Both the position numbers and the translations under genes were made by a program. The notes under the pieces are model-generated. The model made no database searches. It was not told where the DNA came from and worked only from the letters and a program-made list of their open reading frames with translations. Of a stretch of 64,000 nucleotides of DNA, positions 33,416-45,607 are shown in pieces. Every line of letters begins with the position of its first letter. The first letter of the stretch is position 1. Source of the stretch: Octopus vulgaris (taxonomy: Eukaryota); the NCBI GenBank assembly GCA_951406725.2, contig OX597817.1:175212001-175276000 (forward strand), read 5' to 3'.

Positions 33416-33732
33416 AGTATATATATATATATATATATGAGATGGAGATATTGTCAATGCTGGTATCACATAAAAAGTATCCAGTCTACTCTGTAAAGTG
33501 GTTAGCATTTTGAAGGGCATCCAGCTGTAATAACCATGCCAAATCAGGCAATAGAGCTTGGTACATGATGATATATATATATATATATATAAAAAACGAC
33601 CTCGAACACAGAAGTGCAAACAAGGGAGTCAGAGAAAGGCAGAATGCTACTTATATCTGAACACTACTACAGAAATATTCTTTTAAAAAAACTTTTCTTC
33701 TAATTTTTCTAAATTTAATTATTTAATCGTTA

Positions 33733-33770
33733 CAGTTGAAAAGGTCTCAAAATGACCGAAACCGGTACTG
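33733..33770 (+). ncRNA. Minimal type I hammerhead ribozyme with U3:A8 core variant
   Basis: CAG-TTGAAAA-GGTC tcaaaat GACC-GAAA-CCGG-TA-CTG. Perfect stems I and II, palindromic stem III ACCGGT, GUA cleavage triplet. Confidence 0.8.
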
Positions 33771-34188
33771 AAAGATTCATTATAAAATTATCTTAGCATT
33801 TTCTATTTTTGACTTGTTTTTTCATATATATCAACTCGTGTGTTCCTTTCCACCCTTATACATATATATATATATATATATATATAACATAACTGTCAGA
33901 CAGAATTCACATGATGTAATGGTTACAATGTTGTAGCTTTGAGTTTTGGGTGAAATTCATGTAATGATCTTCAACACAGTTTCCATTTACCCAATTTTAC
34001 TAGCAATGTATAGATCAACTCAAAGCTATAGAAAATGGTATAGGGCTGAGATCGAACCCAGGAACCTTATGTTTGTGAAGCAAATATCTTAACCATTCAG
34101 CCATACTGCACGCATATGTCTATATATGTGTATACACATACACACTCACACACACCACACACACACTTGTGTGTATGTGTATAAACTG

Positions 34189-34220
<32 letters not shown>

Positions 34221-34229
34221 ATGTGTCTC

Positions 34230-34260
<31 letters not shown>

Positions 34261-34280
34261 GCATATATATAAATACATGT

Positions 34281-34313
<33 letters not shown>

Positions 34314-34336
34314 CATATATACATATATATACACAC

Positions 34337-34435
<99 letters not shown>

Positions 34436-35418
34436 TATATGCATGTTGAACATGTAAGATGGCTGAATGGATAAGGTTACAGTGTCATAAGCTCGTGAGG
34501 TAGAAGTTCAAATATGCTGGAGGAATTTCCTGTTCGGAATAGGTACCAAATGTTGAGTGTATGTTACCCTATCCAGGAGTAGATTCATCTCTCACTTGCT
34601 TTGCGTTTTGCACAATCTGAAAGTTAACAAAATTCCATTTGCATGATGAACTGATGTGACTCATGAGAGCATGTGCATGACAACTAGACATGATACCCAG
34701 CATAGCAGATAAAACATTCTGTCTGCATGCTATCACCAAGGGATGATGGGGTTCGTGAGAATGAGCCAGTGACTCTTAGGAATGGCTCTAACAGCATCTA
34801 GAATATCAGAGACTTAGTTCATTTTACTGTATAGGTACACAAACCCAAGGGAAGTCCCCTTAAACGGTTACAAACTTTGCATATTTATAGAGATGTTCTA
34901 TTTTTCCTAAATACACACAAATGGATCCGCTTGGGTTAATGTTGGGCTGGAAAATAAGGCTAGATCAGTGTTTTTCTATATTCCAACATTATATTTTTTG
35001 TCTCTGGTTCACAGATATCCATTACATACATCCTATTTACTGAAAATACCATTTCTTGAAAGTTGATTAAAAATATGAAATCTTAAATGTGTGTGTTTGT
35101 GTGTGTGTGACAGAGAGAGAGAGAGAGCAAATCTTAGTATGGGGAGGTGTGCATATATAATTATATAAAACATGTTAAAGTATATATGTTTGTATGAGTA
35201 TTCGTTTATGTGATTATGTAAGAATGGATGGAAGGAGGTTATACTGTTGAGTTTATATTTTACTTAGGAGTTGCTTTAACTTTATATGTGCGTGTATGAC
35301 TGTAAAGATGGATGTTCTATATTGGATATATATGTGTATATATATGGATGTGTATATATGTATGTGTGTGTATACACACATGCACATATACATGCATATA
35401 TATATATATCATCATCAG

Positions 35419-35680
35419 GAGTAAGCACATAAATGTGAAACAAGGTGGAAAAAAGAGTACTCAAATACCAGGTGTAGAGTAATATGCTTTATTTAAAAGC
35501 AGCAGAAATATAACAAAAGCTGTTACTCAGAGTTTCACGTTCCCGTTCAGCAGACAGTTTTGTTAACTCTGAGTAACAGCTTTTGTTATATTTCTGCTGC
35601 TTTTAAATAAAGCATATTACTCTACCTCTGGTATTTGAGTACTCTTTTTTCCACCTTGTTTGATATTTATGTACTTACTC
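35419..35680. repeat. Long inverted repeat (~115-bp arms, ~31-nt spacer), Penelope pseudo-LTR-like
   Basis: 35419-35533 is the near-perfect reverse complement of 35565-35680. A third partial copy lies at ~35695-35768. Confidence 0.9.
35520..35557 (-). ncRNA. Minimal hammerhead ribozyme-like motif (A6 mutated)
   Basis: Minus strand CTGT-CTGCTGA-ACG ggaa CGT-GAAA-CTC t GAG-TA-ACAG. All three stems are intact. A more decayed copy lies on + at ~35700-35737. Confidence 0.65.
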
Positions 35681-35769
35681 TGGTATATATATAGCAAAAC
35701 TGTCCTACAAACAGGAACATGAAACTCTGAGTAACAGCTTTTGCTATATTTCTGCTTGTAAATAAAGTG

Positions 35770-35802
<33 letters not shown>

Positions 35803-36889
35803 ATATATATATAAATATATATATATACATACATACACAGATATAATTATGTATATGCATATATATATGCTGATATACATATATACATGCATATATATAC
35901 ACACACGCACATATATATAATTATGTATATGAACACACACTCATATTTCTGTATATGTACACACATATATACAAGCATATTTGTGCGTGCATGTGTATGT
36001 GTGCGAAGTAGATGTAAGCCATCTGTGAAAATGTATGTTTGTATAAAATGTGTCAGGAATCGTTTATATATGCATGCAAACACCCCAATACACATTTATG
36101 TATATATACACACCTTCGTGGATTTACTAGCATGCTGATAGAAATATTTATGTGGGTGTGTATGTGTTTGTGTGCCTATGTATATAAGTATTTATTTTAA
36201 AATAAGTTTATACAGTATAAAGTTTCCTCCAGCTCATCCTATAGTATCCGCAATTGCAAAAAAAACTGGCTTATATTTGTGCAAATATAATATAAAAACA
36301 CTTCCCATGTCTGGAATAAATCACTCTTAACATTTACAAACTTTTCCCAGTGGGTGGTCATAATGTCCGAGGAATTTTTAATCTAAATATTGTTTGTTGA
36401 AAATTATATATATATGTCTCTGTGGGTGTAGGGCATTAAGTAGCCAACTGATGTGTTGGTAGTTGGTCTCCTTAACAGTGGTGCTGCACTGTAACTGAGG
36501 CTTAAAGATTTAAATGTTAACAGTCTAGGGTGGAGCATTTCATTGAGATACAGTGCTGAGTTACTCCTGATCAGAAGTAGGGGTTGTATACCACTGGTGA
36601 CATCTCCCAGTCATTAGAGCATAACACCCATTGATGGATAGTTCTGCCCTTGAAAAATGAAGTAATTGGGTGGTCGGCCTAACATGCTACTGGGCTTAAA
36701 CCTGCCACCTGGTCGTCCTTGTGTTCCCTTATGCAACCATTGACCTGCTGGGCATCAGTTTCACTAATCTGCAAGGACCAAGGACATTGCCTCTTCTCTC
36801 TTAATTAATGTACGTTAAAAAAGAAAGTTAATTATCCATCTCTATAGTAATGATTTTGTTTTCTCTGAACAAATAAGCTTTATAATAAT

Positions 36890-37830
36890 TGTTTCTACTA
36901 GAGGTACAGGGCCTGAAATTTTGGGTGAGGTGATTAGTCGATTACATTGACCCCAGTGCTTATCTGGTACTTAGATTATCAAGGGATGAAAGGCAAAACT
37001 GACCACTGAGGAATTTGTACTCAGAATATAAAGATGGTCAAAATAATCCTTTCTACTAAAGGAACAAAGCCTGAAATTTTGAGGGAGGCGCCAGTCGATT
37101 ATATCAACCCCAATATACAACTGGTACTTAATTTATCAATCCCGGAAGGATGAAAAGCAAAGTCGACCTCAGCAGAATTTGAACTCAGAATGTAGCGACA
37201 GGCGAAACACTGCTAAGCATTTCGACCAGCATGCTTATGACTCTGCTAGCTCGCCACCTTAAAGATAGTCAAAATAATGCTATGCATTTTGTCCAGTGTG
37301 CTAACAATCTTGCCAGCTCAGTGCCTCTAACATCATCACCGTTTAACGTTCGCTTTCCATGCTAACATGGGTTGGACGATTTGACTGAGGACTGGTGAAC
37401 CAGATGGCTTCACCAGGTTCCAATCTGATCTGGCAGAGATTCTACAGCTGGATGCCCTTCTTAACACCAACCACTCCAAGATTAATATGATTTCAAATCT
37501 TGGCACAAGGCTATCAAATTTAGGAGAAGGGGATTGTCAATTACCACAACCCCAATGTTCAGTTCATACTTTTTTTATTGACCCAGAAAGGAAGAACGGT
37601 AAAGTTGAACTCAGAATGTAAAAATGGATGAAACCCTGCAAAGCATTATTTGTCTGACCTGCTAACGATTCTGCCAGCTCACCACCTTCATATATCCTTT
37701 TCTACTCTAAACACAAGGTTCGAAATTTTTGGGGAGGGGGCCAATCAATTAGATCGATCTCAGTATGCTGCAACTGGTACTTAATTTATCGACCCCAAAA
37801 GGATGAAAGGCAAAGTTGACCTCGGCAGAG
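36890..37830 (-). mobile_element. Cluster of nested minus-strand SINE family A copies plus RTE tail
   Basis: A younger copy (37048-37260) sits in an older one, with an 18-bp TSD AAAGAT(G/A)GTCAAAATAAT at 37030-37047 and 37261-37278. Confidence 0.85.
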
Positions 37831-38024
37831 ACCACCTTTATATATCTAAGTCATGGGACTGCATGATGTTAGGGCATGACTTTGGAGAGTTTTGGTTGAA
37901 TGAATTGCCCCAGTAATTTTTTCCTTTCACTACTTGCTAAATTATGGGGATGTAAACAAACTAATACTGGTTGTCAAATAGTGGTGAGGGAACAAACATA
38001 AACACATATAACTTTTCTTTTACT

Positions 38025-38565
38025 TTTACTTGTTTCAGTCATTTAAATGTGGCCATGCTGGAGCACCACCCTTAGTCGAACAAATCAACCCCAGGACTTA
38101 CTCTTTGTAAGCCTAGAACTTATTCTATCGATTTCTTTTGCTGAACTGCTAAGTTACAGGGATGTAAACACACCAATATCGGTTGTCATACTATGGTGGT
38201 GGACAAACAGACACAAATAACAAACACACACATACATTTATATACATATATACATATGACGGGCTTCTTTCAGTTTCCGTCTACCAAATCCGCTCATAAG
38301 GATTTGGTTGGTCTGAGGCCATAGTACAAGACACTTGCCCAAGGTGCCATGCAATGGGACTGAACCATGAACCATGTAGTTAAGAAGCAAGCTTCTTACC
38401 ACACTGCCACTCCTGTGCCTACACTTAAATGATGAACTGCTTTCAGCTTCTGTCAACGAAACCTGTCACAAAGCTTTAGTTGACTCAGGGTTATAAGAAG
38501 TCACTTGCTTAAAGTATCACACAGTGGAACTGAACCCAAAACCATGTGGTTCAGAAACAAACACC
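38025..38565 (-). mobile_element. SINE family B full-length copy plus a second head fragment
   Basis: Reverse complement of 32780-33415. Other family B pieces at ~27530-27705, ~30072-30218, ~33980-34105 and ~49335-49525. Confidence 0.8.
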
Positions 38566-38953
38566 TGCACTTGAACATTGCACTTATATAAAAGTTTGTT
38601 ATTCATTTTTAATTTGCACTTAGTTGTTTGGTCCATTAACTTCCTGCTTGGCTAATTGTTCAAGGTTGATCAGAGGCTTCGCTATGAAAACAACCATAAA
38701 TTTTCATCTCAGTATAAAGTCATCATCATCATCATCCAGCCATTTTTTAAATATCCTAGCTTGGATTGGGTGGAACTTGCTGGCTCACTTGTTGCAGTCT
38801 ATGGGGTACACACACACACTTATGTGTGTGTGTGTGTGTGTGTGTGTATTTATATATATATATATAATTATCATTTTATATTTGTTATTTTTATGTTAGC
38901 ATGGGTTAGGCGGGGCTCACAGCTTCTCACAGATTTGTGTGTGTTTGTATAAG

Positions 38954-39002
<49 letters not shown>

Positions 39003-39004
<2 letters not shown>

Positions 39005-40335
39005 GGTAAAATGGAAAATGCACTGAGAATGGTTAAAATATTCTTTATTATTATATTTAAAGATTTAATCGGTTTCACAGTTTACACTGATTTTCAAAAA
39101 TTTGAAATAGGAGGATGTGGCTTATGTCACAGGTGTCTTGCTTATGGCTAGTGTTTGAAGCCTGTCCTACTTTTATAGGGAGTTCATGGCTTAAATTAGT
39201 ATATGTTTTGAATAGGATTTGATTGGTAGAGAATAGTCACATGACTGGTCTTAGCAATTTTTGTAGGTTCTCTGCTACGTCCACATGTTAGTATCAAGTG
39301 ACTCTGACGTCGTAAGTCAAAGCTGACACGGTTGACTGAACATGTCTAGTGACAATACTGAACGATCAAAACGCTGAATGTTTTCTGTCAAGTGTTTGTA
39401 GAAAATAAAAATGTGATTAAATTTATAACCTTTTGTACGTTTCCCGCTACGTCCGTTCGTTAGTGTCACATGACAGTATATTTTGCGCCTAAAATGAAGG
39501 TTGAGTGAACATGTTTAGTTACAATCAAGGCACTCCTAATTTAGTTTGTCTGGTGGGAGAGTGGGCAGGAGTCGTTTGTATGTAGTCCGGTGGTTAAAGT
39601 TTAGGTTCCTCGTTTTAAGTGGCAGAATGAGTTTTGTATGTGAATAGTTATTTGTGTCTGTACTCTGTTTATCTGTGCTCCATCTCTGGTATTCCCTGAA
39701 CATAGATAGAATGGGAAGACCTGGAATTTGGGGGGGTTATTTTATGTACATATGTCTATGTGGTCATTCAGTGGAGTCTGTCTAGTACTGAGGTCGCGTA
39801 TTTGTTGTCAGTGAATGGTTAGTCTATTTCTTAGAGTAAGCTTTGTTTGTCCTATATAATCTTCATTACATCTTTGACACTTGATAGCGTATATTAAATT
39901 CCTTGAAGAACATGTAAAGTGATTTTTGTGGTAAAACCTGTCCTGATTTGAATTTGTATGTTGTGTCTTCAATAAGGTTGATGCAAGTCCCGTAATTGGG
40001 GCGGTCACACTTTTAGGCTGTTGGTGTAGGAATTGTGGAAGGTCTTTTTGCACTTTTGAGGGACTTAGATTGTCTTTTACTTTTGATTATTTTGTGTATT
40101 TTGAATGTTCAGTGAATTTCACAGATGAAACACGGATAAACAAAAAAAAGAATACTTCCATACAAAAGTACAAAGCAAGACCTAACAAACTTTAACAGAG
40201 TACATACACAAATAACTATTCACACACAAAGCTTATTCTGTCACTTAACGTGAGGAACCTGCACAGCTAACATTTTAACTATTCTCAGTGCATTTCCATC
40301 TATTTTTCCGATATTTCTACCAACTTTGTTTTCTA
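39003..40335 (-). mobile_element. Penelope-like retroelement remnant with GIY-YIG endonuclease and inverted terminal duplication
   Basis: ORF 39808-40053 reads FTCSSRNLIYAIKCQRCNEDYIGQT...RNRLTIH (PLE GIY-YIG). 39006-39039 is inverted at 40272-40302. (TA)n on both sides. Confidence 0.85.
39063..39101 (-). ncRNA. Degenerate minimal hammerhead (U3:A8 variant) in the Penelope 3' region
   Basis: Minus strand ATTT-TTGAAAA-TCAG tgtaaa CTGT-GAAA-CCGA-TT-AAAT. Same strand as, and downstream of, the GIY-YIG ORF. Confidence 0.6.
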
Positions 40336-40526
40336 TATGTGTATATATATATAATCAATACAGATAAAGGGTGAAATATAATTAATTTAATAAAATCAAC
40401 AAATTTCACCAAGTAGTTTTTCGGTATGGAAAAGGACCATATTCGGTAAAATTATATATAATATTTCCAGTAAATATCGGTGCTTCGTTGTGCCATTTAT
40501 TTACTTTTATTTATATATATATATAT

Positions 40527-41549
40527 TGTTGGCATCCTTTTTGTCTCGGGAGACAATGGAGTTGCGCATAAAGTAGTCTAGTCCGGCTTTTACATTTCAT
40601 GTCCTGATACATTTCCTGCTGTGGCTGTGTAGTCCTATCCTGGACAAACACTCCCTCTGGCAGGTACCGCAAATGTAGCGAAGACTGTTCCTGGCTGGTT
40701 GTAATGCCATAGTTTCTTGTTGACGTCTTTTCTTGTCTTTCCATTTCTCCCCCCCCCCTCTCTCTCTGTCACTCCTTTGTATTCCCTCTTTTACGGTACG
40801 TCGCCAGTCTCCACGGTTGCCGGCAACTGCCTCCCAACCGCTAATATTGATGTTGCAGGCCTTCATGTCTCTTTTGCAAACATCCTTGTAACGTAAGAAC
40901 GGTCTACCCACAGACCTAGTACCCCTAGCAAGCTCTCCGTAGAGTATGTCCTTGGGGGTCTGCCATCTTTCATACGGCTAACATGCCCAAGCCATCTCAT
41001 ACGTCTTTGTGTGAGGAGTGCAAACATGCTTGGTATTCCTGCTTGCCTGAGGACATCTTTGTTGGGGATATGGTTCTGCCATTTGATGCGGAGGATTTTC
41101 CGGAGGCAGCGCAGGTGAAAGATGTTTAGGCGACGCTTTTGGCGTGTGTATAGCGTCCAAGTCTCACTTCCATACAGTAGAGTGCTGAGTACACATGCCT
41201 GGTAGATCTTCATTTTCGTGGTCTTGGTCAGCTTATTGTTGTCCCAAGCCCGTTTGGAGAGCTGGGCCATCGCAGCAGCTGCCTTGCCAATGCGTATATT
41301 GAGCTCAGCGTCGAGGGATAGGTTGTAGGTGACGGTAGAGCCCAGAGAGGTAAACTTCTCCACCTCTTGTAATCTGTGGTCTCCAATATGTATGTTTGGG
41401 ATGTCCGATGTAGCCTGGCCCATGATGTTGGTCTTCTTAAGGCTGATAGCTAAGCCAAAGTCGTTACATGCTTGCTCAAAACAGTTAATGAGCCTTTGGA
41501 GGGCTTCTGTGTGTGATACCAGAGCGGCATCATCAGCAAATAGCATCTC

Positions 41550-41550
<1 letters not shown>
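40527..41550 (-). mobile_element. Young 5'-truncated RTE LINE (AviRTE/RTE-1-like)
   Basis: ORFs 40863-41546 (MLFADDAAL...LSTLLYGSETW...RWLGHVSRM) and 40597-40911 (GRPFLRYKDVCKRDM...C2H2 finger CGTCQRECLSRIGLHSHSRKC) are joined by a frameshift. Short 3' UTR CCATTGTCTCCCGAGACAAAAAGGATGCC; flanked by (TA)n. Confidence 0.95.
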
Positions 41551-41591
<41 letters not shown>

Positions 41592-41667
41592 ATCCAAACA
41601 AGAAAACACAACAACGCGAGGACGTGGAACAAATAAAGTATTATTGGACGCTCAGGGAAGAAGGAGG

Positions 41668-41702
41668 GTTTAACGTTTCGAGCGGAGCTCTTCGTCGGAA
41701 AC
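41668..41702 (-). ncRNA. Minimal hammerhead ribozyme-like motif in a ~170-bp cassette between (TA)n tracts
   Basis: Minus strand GTTT-CCGACGA-a-GAGC tcc GCTC-GAAA-CG-TT-AAAC. U4 to C change; palindromic stem III AACGTT. Confidence 0.65.
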
Positions 41703-41753
41703 ATAGGAGAAGGGAAGACAGAGGAAAAAAATCGCCAGCGGTACTCACGAGGT

Positions 41754-41821
<68 letters not shown>

Positions 41822-42694
41822 TGCCGTGGAGAATTTTTATTGATTAAATTTACTATATTGATTAAATTATACTATAGTTAAAAATTTATTCATGTGTGTA
41901 GAAATTTGCAAACAGGTCTGTATATTTAGGTGTATCAGCTACAGATCATGGGATTGTTTTTTGGTAGTTCACAAAATGGAAATATATATGTGTGTGTAAT
42001 GCAAGTGTATATTTACAGAACAAATTTACAAGGAGTACAAAAGAACATTACCGTAAATCCGGACACCGTCTTGAGGGTGAAGAGAATGGCATCTATAAGC
42101 TCATAATGCATATATTTATTCATCTAATATATCTATGTTTCTATGTTTGTGTGTGTATGTGTAAAATTTTCTTTCGCTGAAGTGTTTTACGTTCGTTATT
42201 TATATGTTAATGTGGGTTGGGCACATCTCACAGCTTCTCGCCACCTGTGGTCTTTCGGCATTTTGCACACAGACACTCGCCTACCACCACAAAAAAAACC
42301 ACCAAGGGGACTTCGGAACTTCCGTATAGTTACTAGACCTGCAAAATGTAGCAACATAATCTTTCTCAAACCGCACCATATTGCCTTAAATATAAATAAG
42401 TCACTTTGGATTATGCACTGTGTAAACTTTTGTTGCAAAAACAAAAGAGTGGGTGTTTATCGGGTGAGTGTTATTTGATCATTGGCGTGTTCAGGGGCCC
42501 ACCCGAGACTATTGAACGACAACTGCTATAGTTGGCAATTGTGTTTGTTCTGTTTTTCTTTCTTTGCTCTTTAACCACGGACTGGGGTCAATTTTGTTGT
42601 GCCAGCAGCACCAGAGTTTGCGTGCGTATGTGTGCGAGCAATCGTTTGTTTGTTTGTGCGCGCGCGCACGCGCGCGTGTGTGCATGTATGTATG

Positions 42695-43515
42695 GGTGGT
42701 AGTATGGTATGCGGACTATCACGTTGTCAAACAGTATAGCCAGGGTTATCTACTTTAAACGTTCAGTTAGTAAGGGAAACCAATTTTTCTATTATATGAA
42801 CATTAACAACAAATTAAACTGCAATCTGAGACCCTGAGTGAGATTTTAGAACTAATATTTTTCTTTGTCATGGATATACCCATGACCACAGCAGTGATTC
42901 TAACAGGAAAATCTAAAAATACAATAACTGACTGGTACAATATGTGACGCGAGGAGTGTGGGACCATAATTTATCGTGTACGAGGAGGGAAGATGGATGG
43001 AACAAACGATAACCCTATTCAGATCGATGAAGCAAGATTTCCTGGTCAACGAAAATACAATCGAGGAAGAATGTTGAATGGCGACAACACTCCTCTCTTC
43101 GAAGACAGTGATGCAGAACAACAAAACAACAGGAGCTATGGACGGGGAATTCTTTGGGTCGTGGGTTTTTGATCTCAAACAAGGGTCAGATTGTCGATAC
43201 TTTTGTGCGGAACGGCGTGGCGGGACAGCCTATTCAGATGAGCGGCCCGCTTATAATAATTTAAATACTATAGGTTATCACCATTTGACAGTGAACCATC
43301 AACGATATAATGTGGATATAGTGACCGGAGTACACACTCAGGCCATTGGGTGATCATAGTTAGATGCTAAAACTATGATTCTGAAATAACAAACAAACTG
43401 ATCTCTGACATATCTGAAGGTTGGTTTTTAATCTCTGAAATCTCTGGAAATATCTGAAAGACAATGTAGATAACTCTGTTTGACACCGTGATAGACCGCA
43501 TACTGTACTAGCACC
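42695..43515 (+). mobile_element. Merlin (ISXO2/IS1595-like DDE) DNA transposon, deleted copy
   Basis: ~40-bp TIRs starting GG (GGTGGTAGTATGGTATGCGGACTATCACG / CGTGATAGACCGCATACTGTACTAGCACC) and 8-bp TATGTATG flanks. Transposase fragments ITDWYNM, IQIDEARF..RKYNRGR, YSDE.PAY...HLTVNH...TGVHTQ. Confidence 0.9.
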
Positions 43516-43619
43516 TATGTATGTATGTATATATGTACGTATGTATGTATGTATGTATGTATGTATGTATGTATGTATGTATGTATGTATGTATGTATGT
43601 ATGTATGTATGTATGTATG

Positions 43620-43653
<34 letters not shown>

Positions 43654-43688
43654 TGTATGTATGTATGTATGTATGTATGTGTGTATGT
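43516..43688. repeat. (TATG)n microsatellite
   Basis: Directly visible. Confidence 0.95.
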
Positions 43689-43988
43689 ATCAACACCCAT
43701 ATCGAGAGAGGGGATACAGTAGAGCAAGTACAGTAGTGCCCTCGTAGACCTAGGGGTTGGGGAGCGGGTAATAAATTGATATTAATTAGATTACATTAAA
43801 TCATTCTCGATCTCTGCCACCTCATTCCATGTTGTAACATCTCCGATAGTAATTTTAACATAGACACAAAACCGAAAGTATCCGTGTATGGAGTGAGGTG
43901 GGAAAATAGTCGATTATATAGAACTCCAGTACTTGACGCGTACTTTATTTCATCGACCTCGGAAGAGATGTAAGTCAAAATACAGAAC

Positions 43989-44459
43989 TGTAGAACAACC
44001 GTGCGGAAGGAGAGGCGACGATGAATGGCTCTTTTAATACACTACACGGTCGATTACAATATATACGAAAAGGTATAAATGATTATGAGTGACAGAAGGA
44101 AAGGAGACGACGTTAAGACGGAGGCGACAGAGATGGAGGTCCTGAATGCTGTTGGAGGAAGTGGTGATGTTTCTCCATGTGGCTGTGTGTGTTGTCGTTG
44201 GAACTGGCTATGTGCTCTGTGGTCAGTGGTTAGGCCTTAGAAGGTCTAGAATCAAAGACGAAATACGGTGTTGAAACTTGCTTTTTATAGGGACCACGTG
44301 GCCTTATCAGAAGGCTGCGATTGGTTTGGTTGCACATTGGCGCGTAATAGAGCAAGAGACAAACCACACCATTACCAACTAATTAGAGTAGTGGACACAA
44401 CAAGGTCCAAGCGGCCGAAGGCTAGCTGTTATCTACTACGTCCGTACTTATGCATATAT

Positions 44460-44512
<53 letters not shown>

Positions 44513-44535
44513 TGTGTGTGTGTGTGTCCACTACA
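43989..44535 (-). mobile_element. Probable solo LTR
   Basis: Termini TGTAG...CTACA. Minus-strand TATA (CTATAAAAAG, ~44281-44290) and ATTAAA (~44033-44038). Flanks GAAC / AAAC resemble a 4-bp TSD with one mismatch. Higher GC than the surroundings. Confidence 0.65.
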
Positions 44536-44588
44536 AAACTTAACACACCAGAACAAATTTCGCAAATAATTTTCTCCGACACTTTTAA

Positions 44589-44806
44589 CCTCCTTTGTTA
44601 TCACATTTCTGTTGAAATACGGGACCTTTGTTTCAATTTATCTTTAAACTAATGAAGAAGTTATTAAAATAACTGTCATTATTAAGTCAGCGTATGGCAT
44701 AAATTATCATTAAATCTTGATGAAAAGTCTTAATTTGGATCATTTAAAAGAGAAAGTTTGAGTCACAGAACTCGGGGTAATCTGAAGTGGTTTCATATCA
44801 AAAGGG
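44589..44806. mobile_element. piggyBac-like MITE; related fragments at ~6850-6947 and ~7329-7590
   Basis: TTAA|CCTCCTTTGTTA...TATCAAAAGGG|TTCG ends. Internal similarity to 7335-7540. Confidence 0.5.
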
Positions 44807-45374
44807 TTCGATTCTGTCAGTTAACCACCGTGTGTGCTAAAATCTAATAATTTATTGTTTAATATAACTTTGTGCAAATGTTGCAAATAACCTACAGTAG
44901 ATACGGTTAATGTGATTTCACCGATGTTCTAAGTAACATCCATTTAAGAACGGTTATCTTGTACGGAGTTTTTTTTTTTTGCGGAGGTGGTCAGAATGTG
45001 ATACTGGGATTGATGTGATGTCTCACAAATGAATCACAAATAAGGTGGGTAATACTGAAATATACTTTCGAGAATAATAGCTGTTATATATTTTTTCTTG
45101 GGCAGAGAACCTGTTTTCCGTGTCTCATGCAAGCAAATTGACGACCTTTAGAAGGGGGACTTGTTGGATCACATAAAATCTGACCCATTATGATCCAGCT
45201 GGACATGTTTCAAATATTAAAGATTCCCAAGAAAAAGTTGAACGGCTTTGGTTACTGACTTTTAGGGTAATCTCAGAATTTATTGATAAACGCTGGTTAT
45301 ATTCAAAATCACCTTTTGAATGAAACAAAGAACTGCAAAGTATTCGGTTCATTATAGATGTAATTCAAAATTCT

Positions 45375-45607
45375 TATTTCTTTACTGCCCACAAGGGGTT
45401 ACACACAGAGGGGACAAACAAGGACACACAAACGGATTAAGTCGATTATATCGACTTCAGTGCGTAACTGGTACTTATTTAATCTACCCCGAAAGGATGA
45501 AAGGCAAAGTTGACCTCGGCGGAATTTGAACTCAGAACGTAGCGGCAGACGAAATACTGCTAAGCATTTCGCCTGGCGTGCTAACGTTTCTGCCAGCTCG
45601 CCGCCTT
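45375..45607 (-). mobile_element. Young SINE family A copy
   Basis: Full length with a perfect 17-bp TSD ATGTAATTCAAAATTCT (45358-45374, 45608-45624). Confidence 0.95.

Noticed and set aside
40400-40452. Minus-strand fold with stem I, stem II and GAAA
   Set aside because: The first core strand is too short and divergent (GAATA) to call a hammerhead.
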